From the IMG/VR virus record IMGVR_UViG_640069328_000004: a DNA stretch of 64,000 bases. One strand, 5' to 3'. The first letter of the stretch is position 1; every line of letters starts with the position of its first letter. Positions 1-8,896 of the stretch are shown in pieces. The DNA is from an uncultured virus (IMG/VR IMGVR_UViG_640069328_000004) (Duplodnaviria; Heunggongvirae; Uroviricota; Caudoviricetes). The position numbers and the translations under genes are program-made. Below the pieces are notes generated by a model. It was given only the letters and a program-made list of their open reading frames with translations. It was not told the DNA's origin and did no database searches.

Positions 1-2028
1 ATGACGCTTCTTCTCGGGGTCGATACCGGAGGCACCTACACCGATGCGGTGATCGTCGATCCCGAGGCTGAGCGCGTGGTGGGCTGGGCCAAGTCCCTGA
101 CCACGCGCGCGGATCTCGCGCTGGGGATCGGCCGGGCCATCGATGCGGCCCTGGCCGAAGCGCAGGTCGCGCCGGAGGACGTGGGGCTGGTCTCGCTCTC
201 GACCACGCTTGCCACCAACGCGCTGGTCGAGGGCCAGGGAGGGCGCGTCGCGCTGATCTTCATAGGCTTCGGTCCGGGCGATCTGGAGCGGGCCGGCCTG
301 CCCGAGGCGCTCGCGGGCGATCCGGTGATCTCTCTGCCCGGCGGGCATCATCATTCGGGGGCGGAGGCAGCGCCCCTCGACCTCGCCCGGCTCGAGGCCG
401 AAGTGGCGGCCGTCGCACCGCAGGTCGCGGCCTTCGCCGTGGCCGCGAGCTTCGCCACCCGCAACCCCGCCCACGAGCTTGCCGCCCGGGCCGTCGTCCA
501 CCGCGTCGCAGGCTGCCCCGTCACCTGCTCGCACGAGCTGTCGGCGCGCCTCGGCGGCCCGAAGCGCGCGGTGACGGCCGTGCTCAACGCGCGGCTGATC
601 GGCATGATCGGCCGTCTCATCGCCGCCTGCGAGCAGCATCTGACCGAGCGCCGGATGACGGCGCCCCTGATGGTGGTGCGGGGCGACGGGGCGCTGATTT
701 CGGCCCGCCTTGCGCGCGAGCGCCCGATCGAGACCATCCTCTCCGGCCCCGCCGCGAGCCTCGTCGGCGCACGCTGGCTGACCGGCGTGCGGGATGCGCT
801 CGTCTCCGACATCGGCGGCACCACGACCGATGTGGCGGTGCTGCGCGACGGCCAGCCCGAGATCGACCCCGAGGGCGCGCTCGTCGGCGGCTTCCGCACC
901 ATGGTCGAGGCCGTCGCGATGCGCACGACCGGCCTCGGCGGCGACAGCGAGGTGCATCCGCCCGAAGGGCTCGAGGGGCTCTTCCGCCTCGGGCCGCGCC
1001 GGCTGATCCCCGTGTCGCTTCTGGCGGCCGATCATCCCGGGCCGGTCCATGCCGCGCTCGACCGCGCCCTTCTCTCCGCGGCACCGGGCGAGCACGAGGG
1101 CCGCTTCCTGCTGCCGACGGGCCTGCCCGCCGCGGGCCTCACCGGACGCGAGGCGCAGTTGATGGAGCGTCTGCGCCCGGCCATGCCGCTCGCCGAGGCG
1201 CTGCGCAGCCGGATGGATCTGGCGACGCTCGAGCGGCTGATCGCGCGCGGGCTGGTGATGGTGGCGGGCGTGACGCCATCTGACGCGAACCATGTGCTGG
1301 GAAGGCTGGCCAGCTGGGATGCCGCGGCGGCCGAGAAGGCCCTCACCCTCATGGCGCGGCGACGCACGGCGCGGGGCGAGCGTCTCGCGCCCGATGCCCG
1401 CACGCTGGCCGCGGCGATCCTCGACCGGCTGACCGAGCGGACGGCCGAGTGCCTCCTCGAGGTGGCTCTGGCTGAGGACGGCTATCCCGATCCCGCCCTC
1501 CTCGTGAACCATCCGCTCCTCCGCGCGGGCCTCGCCCGTCGGCCCGGGGCGCTCGCGCTCTCGGCGAGCCTCGCCCTGCCGGTGGTGGGCCTCGGCGCCT
1601 CGGCCCGCTCCTTCTACGCCGGGGTGGGCGAACGGCTGGGCTGCACCACGATCCTGCCCGAACAGGGCGGCGTCGCCAATGCGATCGGCGCCGTGGCGGG
1701 CCTCGTCTCGCAGCGGCTGAGCCTGCAGGTCACGAGCCCCGGCGAAGGCCGCTACATCGTCCACTTCCCCGACGGCCCTGAGAGCCTGCCCGACCCGGAA
1801 GCCGCGCTCGCCGCCGCCGAGGCGCATCTTGCCACCCGGGTGGCGCGCCTTGCGGCCGAGGCCGGCGCGGCGGATCCCCGCGTCGCCCTCACCCGCGCCG
1901 TCCGCGAGGCGACGGTGGAGGGCCGGCCCCTCTTCGTCGAGGCCACCGTGACCGCAACCGCCACCGGCCGCCCCCGGATCGCCCGCGACCCGGTTTTTGC
2001 GCTTGACGCTTCCCGGCACATCCCATAG
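1..2028 (+). CDS. Hydantoinase/oxoprolinase family protein (host gene)
   Basis: 675 aa with motifs GVDTGGTYTD, STTLATNALVE, TILSGPAAS, DIGGTTTD, GLGGDS, VANAIGA. Confidence 0.9.
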   Translation: MTLLLGVDTGGTYTDAVIVDPEAERVVGWAKSLTTRADLALGIGRAIDAALAEAQVAPEDVGLVSLSTTLATNALVEGQGGRVALIFIGFGPGDLERAGLPEALAGDPVISLPGGHHHSGAEAAPLDLARLEAEVAAVAPQVAAFAVAASFATRNPAHELAARAVVHRVAGCPVTCSHELSARLGGPKRAVTAVLNARLIGMIGRLIAACEQHLTERRMTAPLMVVRGDGALISARLARERPIETILSGPAASLVGARWLTGVRDALVSDIGGTTTDVAVLRDGQPEIDPEGALVGGFRTMVEAVAMRTTGLGGDSEVHPPEGLEGLFRLGPRRLIPVSLLAADHPGPVHAALDRALLSAAPGEHEGRFLLPTGLPAAGLTGREAQLMERLRPAMPLAEALRSRMDLATLERLIARGLVMVAGVTPSDANHVLGRLASWDAAAAEKALTLMARRRTARGERLAPDARTLAAAILDRLTERTAECLLEVALAEDGYPDPALLVNHPLLRAGLARRPGALALSASLALPVVGLGASARSFYAGVGERLGCTTILPEQGGVANAIGAVAGLVSQRLSLQVTSPGEGRYIVHFPDGPESLPDPEAALAAAEAHLATRVARLAAEAGAADPRVALTRAVREATVEGRPLFVEATVTATATGRPRIARDPVFALDASRHIP

Positions 2029-2044
2029 TGCAGCGTCCACCGAC

Positions 2045-2121
2045 GGCGAGGTAGCTCAGCTGGTTAGAGCACACGACTCATAATCGTGGGGTCGGGGGTT
2101 CAAGTCCCCCCCTCGCCACCA
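2045..2121 (+). tRNA. tRNA-Met (CAT), elongator-like, encoded CCA; prophage attB target
   Basis: 77 nt; acceptor stem GGCGAGG/CCTCGCC, anticodon arm CACGA-CTCATAA-TCGTG (CAT at 2079-2081), T-loop GGTTCAAGTCC; TTGACG -35-like hexamer at 2003-2008. Confidence 0.95.
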
Positions 2122-2125
2122 TCGG
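2075..2125 (+). repeat. attL core (tRNA 3' part plus TCGG)
   Basis: Identical to 39751-39801. Confidence 0.95.
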
Positions 2126-2136
2126 AAATCAGGACC

Positions 2137-3231
2137 TTAGCCCGAATCGCCAGCCTTGATCGCGGAACCGTTTACAGGACCGTTTACAGGTTTCGTTCCC
2201 AGTCCGTGCCTCTCGAGCTTCGCCACGGCCGATTCCCCGAGCCTCCGATCGCGCCCGAGATAGTGCTTCGACAGGATCGCCTCGGCGTCTTTCAGGCTGT
2301 GGCCGGTGAGGGCGGCGATCTCCGGAACACTGCATCCGGCAAGCGCGAGGAAGGTGACGGCCGTGCCGCGCAGGTCGTGGAAGGTCACGCCCTCGATGCC
2401 GGCCGCGGCCTGCGCCTTGCCGAAGCTCGTCTTGAAACCGTCACTCGTCCAGGGCTGGCCGCGCGAGGTCTCGCAAATCGTCAGGGTCTTACGCCGCGCC
2501 TTCGCCGCGTCCAGCGCCTCGCGCAGTTGCCGCGCCACCGGGATCACCATGTGCCGCCCGGTCTTCGACTGCTTGAGCCGGATCACCTGCCCGTCGTAGG
2601 CGCTCCAGGTGAGCTTCAGGATGTCGGCCTGGCGCTGTCCGGTCCAGATTGCCAGCAGGAACGGTAGGCGGACCGGCTTCGGCGCCTTGTCGAGGAAGGC
2701 CGCGATCTGCGACTCGGTCCAGATGTCGTCTGCGCGCGACCCGGCATAGAGGCGGCCCGGCTTCTCGCAGGGGTTCGACGGAATCTTCCGCCGGTCGTAG
2801 GCCCACGCGAGAATCAGCGCGAGGACGCTGAAGGCATAGTCCGCGCTGCGCTTGCTCTTCTGCCCGAGCCGGTCGCGCCAGTCGAGGAACTCGCCCCGCA
2901 CCCGAGGATCAGCCAGCGCCTTAAGCGGCATGTCTCCGAATTCGGCCTCGATTTGCCGGATGTGGCGGATGTAGCCAGCCTTCGTTGTGGGCGCGAGGAC
3001 GGTGAATGCTGGTGTCTGCTGGTAGGCGGTAATCAGCGCCTGCAACGTGCCATCATGATGCACGGGCTTCTGGCGCGCCGCGTGCGCGGCGTCATAGGCA
3101 GCACGGAACTCCGGGCTGTCCGGCTCGGCCTCGATCTTCGGGCCGCCACGCCACGCGTAGTAGTGCACGGCGACCTTGCCGCTCACGAGCCGGCGCTTGA
3201 CCTTATGAACGCCCTTCAACTCGACCCTCAC
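2137..3231 (-). CDS. int: Tyrosine recombinase (integrase), P1
   Basis: TGQRQADI, FHDLRGT, LTGHS and HY catalytic motifs; GTG start chosen by alignment with the 364-aa P2 paralogue. Confidence 0.93.
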   Translation of the reverse strand: MRVELKGVHKVKRRLVSGKVAVHYYAWRGGPKIEAEPDSPEFRAAYDAAHAARQKPVHHDGTLQALITAYQQTPAFTVLAPTTKAGYIRHIRQIEAEFGDMPLKALADPRVRGEFLDWRDRLGQKSKRSADYAFSVLALILAWAYDRRKIPSNPCEKPGRLYAGSRADDIWTESQIAAFLDKAPKPVRLPFLLAIWTGQRQADILKLTWSAYDGQVIRLKQSKTGRHMVIPVARQLREALDAAKARRKTLTICETSRGQPWTSDGFKTSFGKAQAAAGIEGVTFHDLRGTAVTFLALAGCSVPEIAALTGHSLKDAEAILSKHYLGRDRRLGESAVAKLERHGLGTKPVNGPVNGSAIKAGDSG

Positions 3232-3403
3232 GCTTCGCCTTCCATGCTCCGAATGCATCCTCGACCGGCGTCGCGCTCGTCCTCTCCCGGATCACGATTC
3301 GCCCGTCCGGCATGATCTCGCAGGCCCCCACCTCCATGCCAGCATTCTTCGCGGCGCGGATCGCGCGGGTCAGGTCGACCTGGCGGAATGCGGCCCTTGT
3401 CAT
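3203..3403 (-). CDS. Putative excisionase / recombination directionality factor
   Basis: 66-aa basic ORF overlapping the int start; near-identical paralogue at 40879-41079. Confidence 0.6.
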   Translation of the reverse strand: MTRAAFRQVDLTRAIRAAKNAGMEVGACEIMPDGRIVIRERTSATPVEDAFGAWKAKREGRVEGRS

Positions 3404-3654
3404 ATCCCCTGCCCCTCCGCTGCCGCCCACGCCGCGGCCACCGCATCGGCCAACTGCCGCAGTTGGCCGGCCGTCTCCGAGTCGCAGAACTCGTTGAAGA
3501 AGGTGGTGAACGACCCGGTATCGCCCTCTCGCGCGACCACGAGCTGCACCGTGCCCTCGGCCTCGAGGACCGTCATGCGCAGCTCCGCCACGCGGACGTG
3601 GGTGAGACCGGACACGCGGGCTTGCTGCGCGGGCTGGCGGTGCTGGGCGGTCAT
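3400..3654 (-). CDS. Hypothetical early protein
   Basis: ATGA-coupled to both neighbours. Confidence 0.6.
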   Translation of the reverse strand: MTAQHRQPAQQARVSGLTHVRVAELRMTVLEAEGTVQLVVAREGDTGSFTTFFNEFCDSETAGQLRQLADAVAAAWAAAEGQGI

Positions 3655-4412
3655 TCGGCCGCCCTCGCGAATAGGTCGGCCGTCGCGCTGACGATGCCGC
3701 TGATCCGGCGCTCCATCGCCGACAGGTAATCCGGATTGCCCTCGCAGAGGATTGCCCGGCGTCCGAGGCGCGCAGCTACGCCACCAGTGGTCCCACTGCC
3801 TGCGAACGGGTCGAGCACCACGCCGCCCGGTGGGCAGGCGTTCAAGATCAGCGGCTCGATGATGGCGGCTGGCTTCTGCGTAGGGTGGACTGCGTGGCCA
3901 TGCTCCGACCGGGCATAAATCACACTGCGCATAAGGCGCGGGCCGCCGTCCTCGGAGACATAAGAGCCGCGCTCAATCTGCCCCATGTGGACAGGCCGCG
4001 TCTTGCGCCGAGCGGTCTTGGCGGTCGCGTCCATCGTGACCACCTTGCCCTTGTAGACGCTGGCCCAGTCTCCCCGGTAGAAGTGCGCCGCCTGCTCATG
4101 CACCCGCCGGAAGCGGTCCGCGTGGAAGCTCGAGCCGTTGTGCTTCTCCCACACGATGTCCTGGGCGAGGGTCCAGCCGTCGAACTCGCGCCAGTGCTGG
4201 GTGAACATGCGCAGCGTGCCGAAGACCCACACCGAACCGGTCGGTTTCAGGATGCGGGCGATCTCCGGCATCCAGCCATAGACGAACCGATCCCACGGCA
4301 GGCTGGTCTGGCCATAGGGCGGATCGGTGACCACGGCATCCACGCTGCAATCCGGCAGCGTGCGCATGGAGGCGAGGCAGTCGCCGGGTAGGATAGTGAT
4401 GCCGGGGATCAC
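3651..4412 (-). CDS. Orphan N6-adenine/N4-cytosine DNA methyltransferase (beta class)
   Basis: TDPPY near the N-terminus, HPTQKP, VLDPFAGSGTT near the C-terminus; GTG start overlaps the upstream TGA. Confidence 0.9.
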   Translation of the reverse strand: MIPGITILPGDCLASMRTLPDCSVDAVVTDPPYGQTSLPWDRFVYGWMPEIARILKPTGSVWVFGTLRMFTQHWREFDGWTLAQDIVWEKHNGSSFHADRFRRVHEQAAHFYRGDWASVYKGKVVTMDATAKTARRKTRPVHMGQIERGSYVSEDGGPRLMRSVIYARSEHGHAVHPTQKPAAIIEPLILNACPPGGVVLDPFAGSGTTGGVAARLGRRAILCEGNPDYLSAMERRISGIVSATADLFARAAE

Positions 4413-5068
4413 GCCACGGCCTCCTCTATCGGCCAGCCGCCCCATTGATCGGCGCAGGCCTCGGCCACGCCCTCGAAGGTGCGGCTGCGGAATCTCCAGC
4501 GGTCTGGCCCCGGCGGCGCGCGGTGGACTGCCGACCAGCGCTTGTGCTCGGGCGTGCCCGGCCGGGGCGGCGTCAGCCGGTTGGTCGCCGTCAGCTGCGG
4601 CAGGCCACGCAGATAGAACCCGGTGGCCTTGAACGCCTGTTCGCCGAACCACCACGGTTGCACGATCTGGGGGCGCGGCAGATCGGCCGGGAGCCGCTCC
4701 CGCGCGTGCCGGTGCATCACCGGGTTCTCGACCGCGATCCGCGGCACCGGCGCCTGCCAACATGCGGCGAAGAGCGCGGCGCCCTCGTCCAGCTCGGACC
4801 ACATCTCGTCGCGGGTGCGGCCCGGCGGAGGCTCATGCAGCCACCGGACGCCGCTGTTGCAGAGGCGCGTGCAGGGCGGGTGCGCCACGATCAGCAGATC
4901 CCAGCCATCCGCTAGATGGTCCCGCACGTCGCCCACGATGTGGCGGTTCGAGCGGTCCTCCGCCGGCAGGAGGTCGCAGGACCAGACGTCGTGTCCGCGG
5001 GCGGCGAAGGCCCGGCGCATCACGCCCGAGGTCTCGCAGCCGATCAGGATGCGGAGGGTGTCAGCCAT
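4409..5068 (-). CDS. Short phage C5-cytosine methyltransferase-like protein
   Basis: ILIGCETSG, WSCDL, AHPPC (motif IV-like), ENPV (motif VI-like), C-terminal RSRTF..A..DQWG. Confidence 0.7.
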   Translation of the reverse strand: MADTLRILIGCETSGVMRRAFAARGHDVWSCDLLPAEDRSNRHIVGDVRDHLADGWDLLIVAHPPCTRLCNSGVRWLHEPPPGRTRDEMWSELDEGAALFAACWQAPVPRIAVENPVMHRHARERLPADLPRPQIVQPWWFGEQAFKATGFYLRGLPQLTATNRLTPPRPGTPEHKRWSAVHRAPPGPDRWRFRSRTFEGVAEACADQWGGWPIEEAVA

Positions 5069-5243
5069 CGAGCAGAGCCCCCACCAGACGATCATCGGCC
5101 ACCGCCCCGAGGAGCTGGCGGCACAGGGCGTTGACGGTGATGCCGCGCGCGTCAGCCTCGGGCTGCAGCGTGGCGAGGACGTCGCGGGGGACCACGATGG
5201 TCCGGCTCATGGCCTCGACAGGCCGCTTCGCGCGCTTAGCCAT
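5061..5243 (-). CDS. Small putative DNA-binding (RHH-like) protein
   Basis: 60 aa, LQPEADARGITVNALCRQLL; coupled to neighbours. Confidence 0.5.
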   Translation of the reverse strand: MAKRAKRPVEAMSRTIVVPRDVLATLQPEADARGITVNALCRQLLGAVADDRLVGALLDG

Positions 5244-5497
5244 CAGGACGGCCTCCGCTCTGCCTGGGCGCCGTAGCGCATGGTGGGGGCGAGCGTGGCC
5301 GCCGGCTTCTGGAGGCGCACGAGATCGGCCGCCGCCTTCTCCAGCGAGAGGCCGCCCACATGCGCCGTCAACGCGGCTGCGAAGAGCAGGACCCCCAGCG
5401 CCGTCTCGAAATCGGGGCAGGTGTCGATCGTCTCCTCGGCGATGGCACGGGAGCCCCGGCAGGGCTGCGGCTCCATGTCGTCCATGGGATCAGCCAT
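5243..5497 (-). CDS. Hypothetical early protein
   Basis: Overlapping start/stop chain in the left operon. Confidence 0.5.
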   Translation of the reverse strand: MADPMDDMEPQPCRGSRAIAEETIDTCPDFETALGVLLFAAALTAHVGGLSLEKAAADLVRLQKPAATLAPTMRYGAQAERRPS

Positions 5498-5750
5498 CGG
5501 CCTTCCCCTCGATGACCTTGGGCTCCTTGGGGCTCCGCGGCTCCGCTGGAGCCTCGAGCGTCTTCACGGCCGTCAGATAGAGGCGGACCCCGTTGAAGAT
5601 CTGCTTCGCCACGGCGGCGCGGGCGAGCCCATCGGCCGGGCTGATCTTGCCCGCACGCATGTTGCGCAGATCCTCGGCGAGGCCGGAGATCATGCCATGC
5701 AGCCCGAGGCTGTCGGCTACGGGGGTCGAGGCGTAATCACGCGGTTCCAT
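5490..5750 (-). CDS. Hypothetical early protein (MEPRDYAST...)
   Basis: AGGAG upstream of ATG at 5750. Confidence 0.6.
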   Translation of the reverse strand: MEPRDYASTPVADSLGLHGMISGLAEDLRNMRAGKISPADGLARAAVAKQIFNGVRLYLTAVKTLEAPAEPRSPKEPKVIEGKADG

Positions 5751-5997
5751 AGTGTCTCCTGTAGTGCTGGTGGGCCGCCTCGGTGTGCAGGGCCTCCGCG
5801 AGCGCGGAGAACACGGAGAGCAGCCGCCGGTCCCGGAAAGCCCCGGGCGCGGGAACCACGGTCCCGAAGGTCTGCTCGCACCAGCGGCAGACCGGTTCGA
5901 CCGACCAGCACTGCACCGGTCCTGGCCAGCGGCAGTCGCGGTGCTCTCCGCAGATGGCGCAGGTGAAGGGGCGCGGCCGGTCAGGACAGATGGGCAT
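5737..5997 (-). CDS. Cys-rich (CxxC) hypothetical protein
   Basis: CAIC and CRWC pairs; RBS and coupling. Confidence 0.55.
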   Translation of the reverse strand: MPICPDRPRPFTCAICGEHRDCRWPGPVQCWSVEPVCRWCEQTFGTVVPAPGAFRDRRLLSVFSALAEALHTEAAHQHYRRHYGTA

Positions 5998-6244
5998 GCG
6001 CCACCTCGGCGGGTTGCGGGTTGCAGATCGGGCATGCGACGCCAGCCCGGATCTCGACCTCGGTCATGTCAAAGAGCCATCCCGCATCGTGGCCGCAGCG
6101 GGGGCAGACGAAGTGCCCGCCCCGCGTTGTGTGCCAACCCGGCATGAGACCAGGCGCCTGGCCGACATCTGCGGCGCGCATCATCACGCGCCGCGGCGGG
6201 CGCGGCTTGCGGAAGCCGAAGAGATCGAGGACTGGCTCAGCCAT
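5981..6244 (-). CDS. Zinc-ribbon hypothetical protein
   Basis: CPRC and CPIC pairs. Confidence 0.6.
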   Translation of the reverse strand: MAEPVLDLFGFRKPRPPRRVMMRAADVGQAPGLMPGWHTTRGGHFVCPRCGHDAGWLFDMTEVEIRAGVACPICNPQPAEVAHAHLS

Positions 6245-6515
6245 GGGCCACCTGCGCGGGGAAGTCCTCAGGGTCCAGCCGCTCGCCCCGCTTCAGAGCG
6301 GCAGTGGCCCCCTTGGGTGTGAGAATGAAGACAGGGTCTCCACCCGAAAGCGCGCTGGCACGGTGTTTCTTGGCAAGGCCATCCGCGACCATAGCCTCCC
6401 ACTCATCGTAATCAGCAGCGCCGGGCCCGGTGACGAAGTGATTGCGGTAGCTCTGCCCGCGTCTGTTCGGTAGACCGAGGGCGTGACGGGCAAGCTCAAT
6501 CTGACGCGGGTTCAT
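6237..6515 (-). CDS. Hypothetical phage protein (ARHALGL...YRNHF type)
   Basis: 92 aa, ATGA-coupled. Confidence 0.65.
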   Translation of the reverse strand: MNPRQIELARHALGLPNRRGQSYRNHFVTGPGAADYDEWEAMVADGLAKKHRASALSGGDPVFILTPKGATAALKRGERLDPEDFPAQVAHG

Positions 6516-6775
6516 GCCTTCCCCGCCCGCTCATGCTCGGGGGCGGCCTGCGCCCCATTCCAGTTAGGCCGCTGGCCGGACGCGTGCTCGATGATGTCCG
6601 CGACCGCCTCCTGCATCAGGCCCATGAAGGTGGCCTTTCGTTCGGGGTGGTTGGCCACGACAGCCATTGCCACGCCACCGAGGAAGACGGCCCCCTCCAT
6701 GGTGTCAGGAAGGGCGAAGTAGGCATTCCAATGGTGGCCCTCGACGCGGAGGGCAAGGCGCCCGACTTGGCTCAC
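6512..6775 (-). CDS. Hypothetical early protein (MSQVGRLALRVEG...)
   Basis: GTG start with GGAGGAG upstream; it is the C-terminal part of track ORF 6512-7123. Confidence 0.6.
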   Translation of the reverse strand: MSQVGRLALRVEGHHWNAYFALPDTMEGAVFLGGVAMAVVANHPERKATFMGLMQEAVADIIEHASGQRPNWNGAQAAPEHERAGKA

Positions 6776-6915
6776 GACTGCTCCTCCGGCCGCGCGCCCT
6801 GACAGGCGCAGTAATCGTCGGCGCCGAGGCAGCGGCAGCGCGCGCGGCGGGCTTGGCGGAGGAACTCCTGGTGCAGCTGGTGCAGGAGGAGATCGGTGGC
6901 GGGGATGAGGGTCAT
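6772..6915 (-). CDS. 47-aa Cys-containing micro-ORF (not in ORF track)
   Basis: AGGAG RBS; MTLIPATDLLLHQLHQEF...; GTGA-coupled to the next gene. Confidence 0.5.
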   Translation of the reverse strand: MTLIPATDLLLHQLHQEFLRQARRARCRCLGADDYCACQGARPEEQS

Positions 6916-7014
6916 GGGGGGCTCCTGTATCCTCGGAGGAAGAGGCCCCGGCCCGGAGGCCGGGGAGTTGCAACAGGGAGGTTGCGCGGATTGCCCGCCG
7001 CGCGCGGGGTAGCG

Positions 7015-7866
7015 TCAGGCCGCCTTCGTGCGGCCCATGAACACGGGCAGGCCCGTCTCTTCCGCCGCTGCCGTGGCGATCTCGACGAAGTAGGCGCGGC
7101 GCTGGTGCTCGACCCGGCGCCACTCGAAGCCGAGGAAGAGGCCATTGGCATTCGGCCGGAACCGGAACGCGGCCATCAGCTCGACCGGCCGCTCGCCGTT
7201 GAAGAGCGGGATGTTGAGCATGAACTGCCGCGGCACGACCACGTTGTTCTCCACCCGCGTCTCGGTCTCGAAGCGGAAGGCTCGGTCGCCCGTCTCGAGG
7301 CGCGTCGACGACTTGAAGTTGAGCCCTTGGGTCGCCTCCAGATCGCGCGAGATCTCGATCATCGTCGCGGCCTCCGGGTGCGCGATGTCCGGCGCGTTCT
7401 CCTCGAGGAAGGCCGCGAACTCGGCCTGCGAGTGCAGCTCGCCTTCCATCTTGTCCCAGCGGGCGAACTCCTCGCTCGGCCGCAGCTTCAGCGTGACGGC
7501 GTGCTTGAGGCTGCCCGAGCCGCCCCGGCCCTCCGCTTCGTTGTGGGGGTGCCAGTCGAGCTGCGCGGTCACAGTCAGGGCGTCGTAATCGGCCACGATG
7601 ATCGAGCGATGGTCCCGGAACCGGTTGGCATAGGCAGACAGCGAGGCGCGGTCGTCGACCGTCACCTGCGCGTGGGCATAGGGCGGCAGACGGAAGCGGT
7701 CGCTGATGTCCTGCGCGTTGTAGCCTTGCGGCACGAGCAGGTGGACACGCCCGTCGGGCGCCTCGACCATCGGGCTGGCGAGCCGGGCGGCGTCGATTGC
7801 CGCGTCCAGCACGGCTCGGGGGTCCGGCCCGAGCACGGTCTGTTCTGAGGTGGGTTTGGGCATCAT
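7015..7866 (-). CDS. DUF2303-family phage protein
   Basis: SQAEFAAFLEEN, SRDLEAT, FKSSTRL, IPLFNG pattern. Confidence 0.8.
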   Translation of the reverse strand: MMPKPTSEQTVLGPDPRAVLDAAIDAARLASPMVEAPDGRVHLLVPQGYNAQDISDRFRLPPYAHAQVTVDDRASLSAYANRFRDHRSIIVADYDALTVTAQLDWHPHNEAEGRGGSGSLKHAVTLKLRPSEEFARWDKMEGELHSQAEFAAFLEENAPDIAHPEAATMIEISRDLEATQGLNFKSSTRLETGDRAFRFETETRVENNVVVPRQFMLNIPLFNGERPVELMAAFRFRPNANGLFLGFEWRRVEHQRRAYFVEIATAAAEETGLPVFMGRTKAA

Positions 7867-7885
7867 GGTCTCCTGGTAAAAAACT

Positions 7886-8260
7886 TCACTCGCCGCGATC
7901 GCGACGGCCGCCGAGCTCGTCGAACATCTCGGACTGGTTGGGGTCGCGACGGGTCAGGCGACCGTCGTCGGTCGCGTAGTAGATGCCGGAGCCCATCGCG
8001 CGCCGCGGCTTCTTCACGTCCACCTTGGGCGTGCATTCGATCTGCCCGGCCTTGTTCATGGACAGCGGCAGCGTGATGGTAAGGGACCCCTTGCCACCGG
8101 TGAGCTGCACCGCGTCCACCAGCTCGTTCAGCATCTGATCCCCCTGCTCGAGCAGCTCGCCCCGCCGGAAGGTCTGGATGAATTCGAGGAAATTCAGTTC
8201 GCCGGTGGCCATCGGGCTCCTCCTGGTTGCGGCGGGTTTCGGGTTCGGTAAGGCGTTCAT
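7886..8260 (-). CDS. Conserved hypothetical partner of DUF2303
   Basis: LVDAVQLTGGKGSLTITL...YATDDGRLTRRDPNQ; GAGGAG RBS. Confidence 0.7.
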   Translation of the reverse strand: MNALPNPKPAATRRSPMATGELNFLEFIQTFRRGELLEQGDQMLNELVDAVQLTGGKGSLTITLPLSMNKAGQIECTPKVDVKKPRRAMGSGIYYATDDGRLTRRDPNQSEMFDELGGRRDRGE

Positions 8261-8324
8261 CTGCTCCTCGTCGGTTGCACCTTGAGCCGTCCCGCGCGCG
8301 GGGCGGCTCAAGGTGCAGCCGCGG

Positions 8325-8657
8325 TCACATGCCCCGCATGGCAGCGGCCTGCTCGCGCATCGTCGAGGCCACGTCATTGGCGTGCGCCCAGAGGACGGTG
8401 GCGACGAAGAGGAAGCCGAAGAGCGCCAGTGTCCCCACGAGGAAGGCGGTCAGGTTCGGCCCGAGCGGGCTCGGCTTGCTCGTCCGGAAGGTCGGCCGCG
8501 GCACAGCGCGGTGCAGCTGGCGGCCCATCGCGACGGCAAGCTCATGATCCGACAGGAGACGGCTGGCGGTATCGCGGCCCTCGGCCGTGGGCGCGTGCTC
8601 GGCACGATGGCGGGCCATGTTGAGGGCGCGGGGCGAGAGAGGAAGATCCTGTTTCAT
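8325..8657 (-). CDS. Small membrane protein
   Basis: One TM segment; paralogue at 43781-44113. Confidence 0.7.
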   Translation of the reverse strand: MKQDLPLSPRALNMARHRAEHAPTAEGRDTASRLLSDHELAVAMGRQLHRAVPRPTFRTSKPSPLGPNLTAFLVGTLALFGFLFVATVLWAHANDVASTMREQAAAMRGM

Positions 8658-8812
8658 TGCCCGAGCGCCTCCCGATACTTGCGGTGGATGGCGGCACGCT
8701 CCGCGGCAACATCAGGGTTTGCGTCGGCGCCGATGAGCCACGCGCGCGCGCACGCCAGCGCCATGGCGACGATGAGAAGGAGGCCGGTCAGGGCGAAGGT
8801 CAGGAGGGTCAC
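8654..8812 (-). CDS. 52-aa membrane micro-ORF, first gene of the left operon (not in track)
   Basis: GTG start after GGGAG; MTLLTFALTGLLLIVAMALACARAW...REALGQ; ATGA-coupled. Confidence 0.6.
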   Translation of the reverse strand: MTLLTFALTGLLLIVAMALACARAWLIGADANPDVAAERAAIHRKYREALGQ

Positions 8813-8845
8813 GGGTGGTCTCCCATCTGGAGTTGATGGGAGCAG

Positions 8846-8896
8846 AGGATATGGAGAAAAACTCCACTGTCAATCAAAGAGTGGAGAAATAATCCA
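8846..8896 (-). promoter_or_regulatory. P1 PL promoter with two CI operators
   Basis: Minus strand TTGACA(8873-8868)-N16-TATCCT; TGGAG-N5-CTCCA at 8852-8866 and a variant at 8882-8896. Confidence 0.75.

Noticed and set aside
2086..2667. Plus-strand ORFs starting in the tRNA/att (also 39762-40142)
   Set aside because: Antisense shadows of int; their similarity just reflects int similarity
3651..4802. Long N-terminal extensions in the track (also 49664-52342, 48603-50180, 37569-38858, 57270-58352)
   Set aside because: Extensions overlap upstream genes; internal starts have RBS or stop/start coupling
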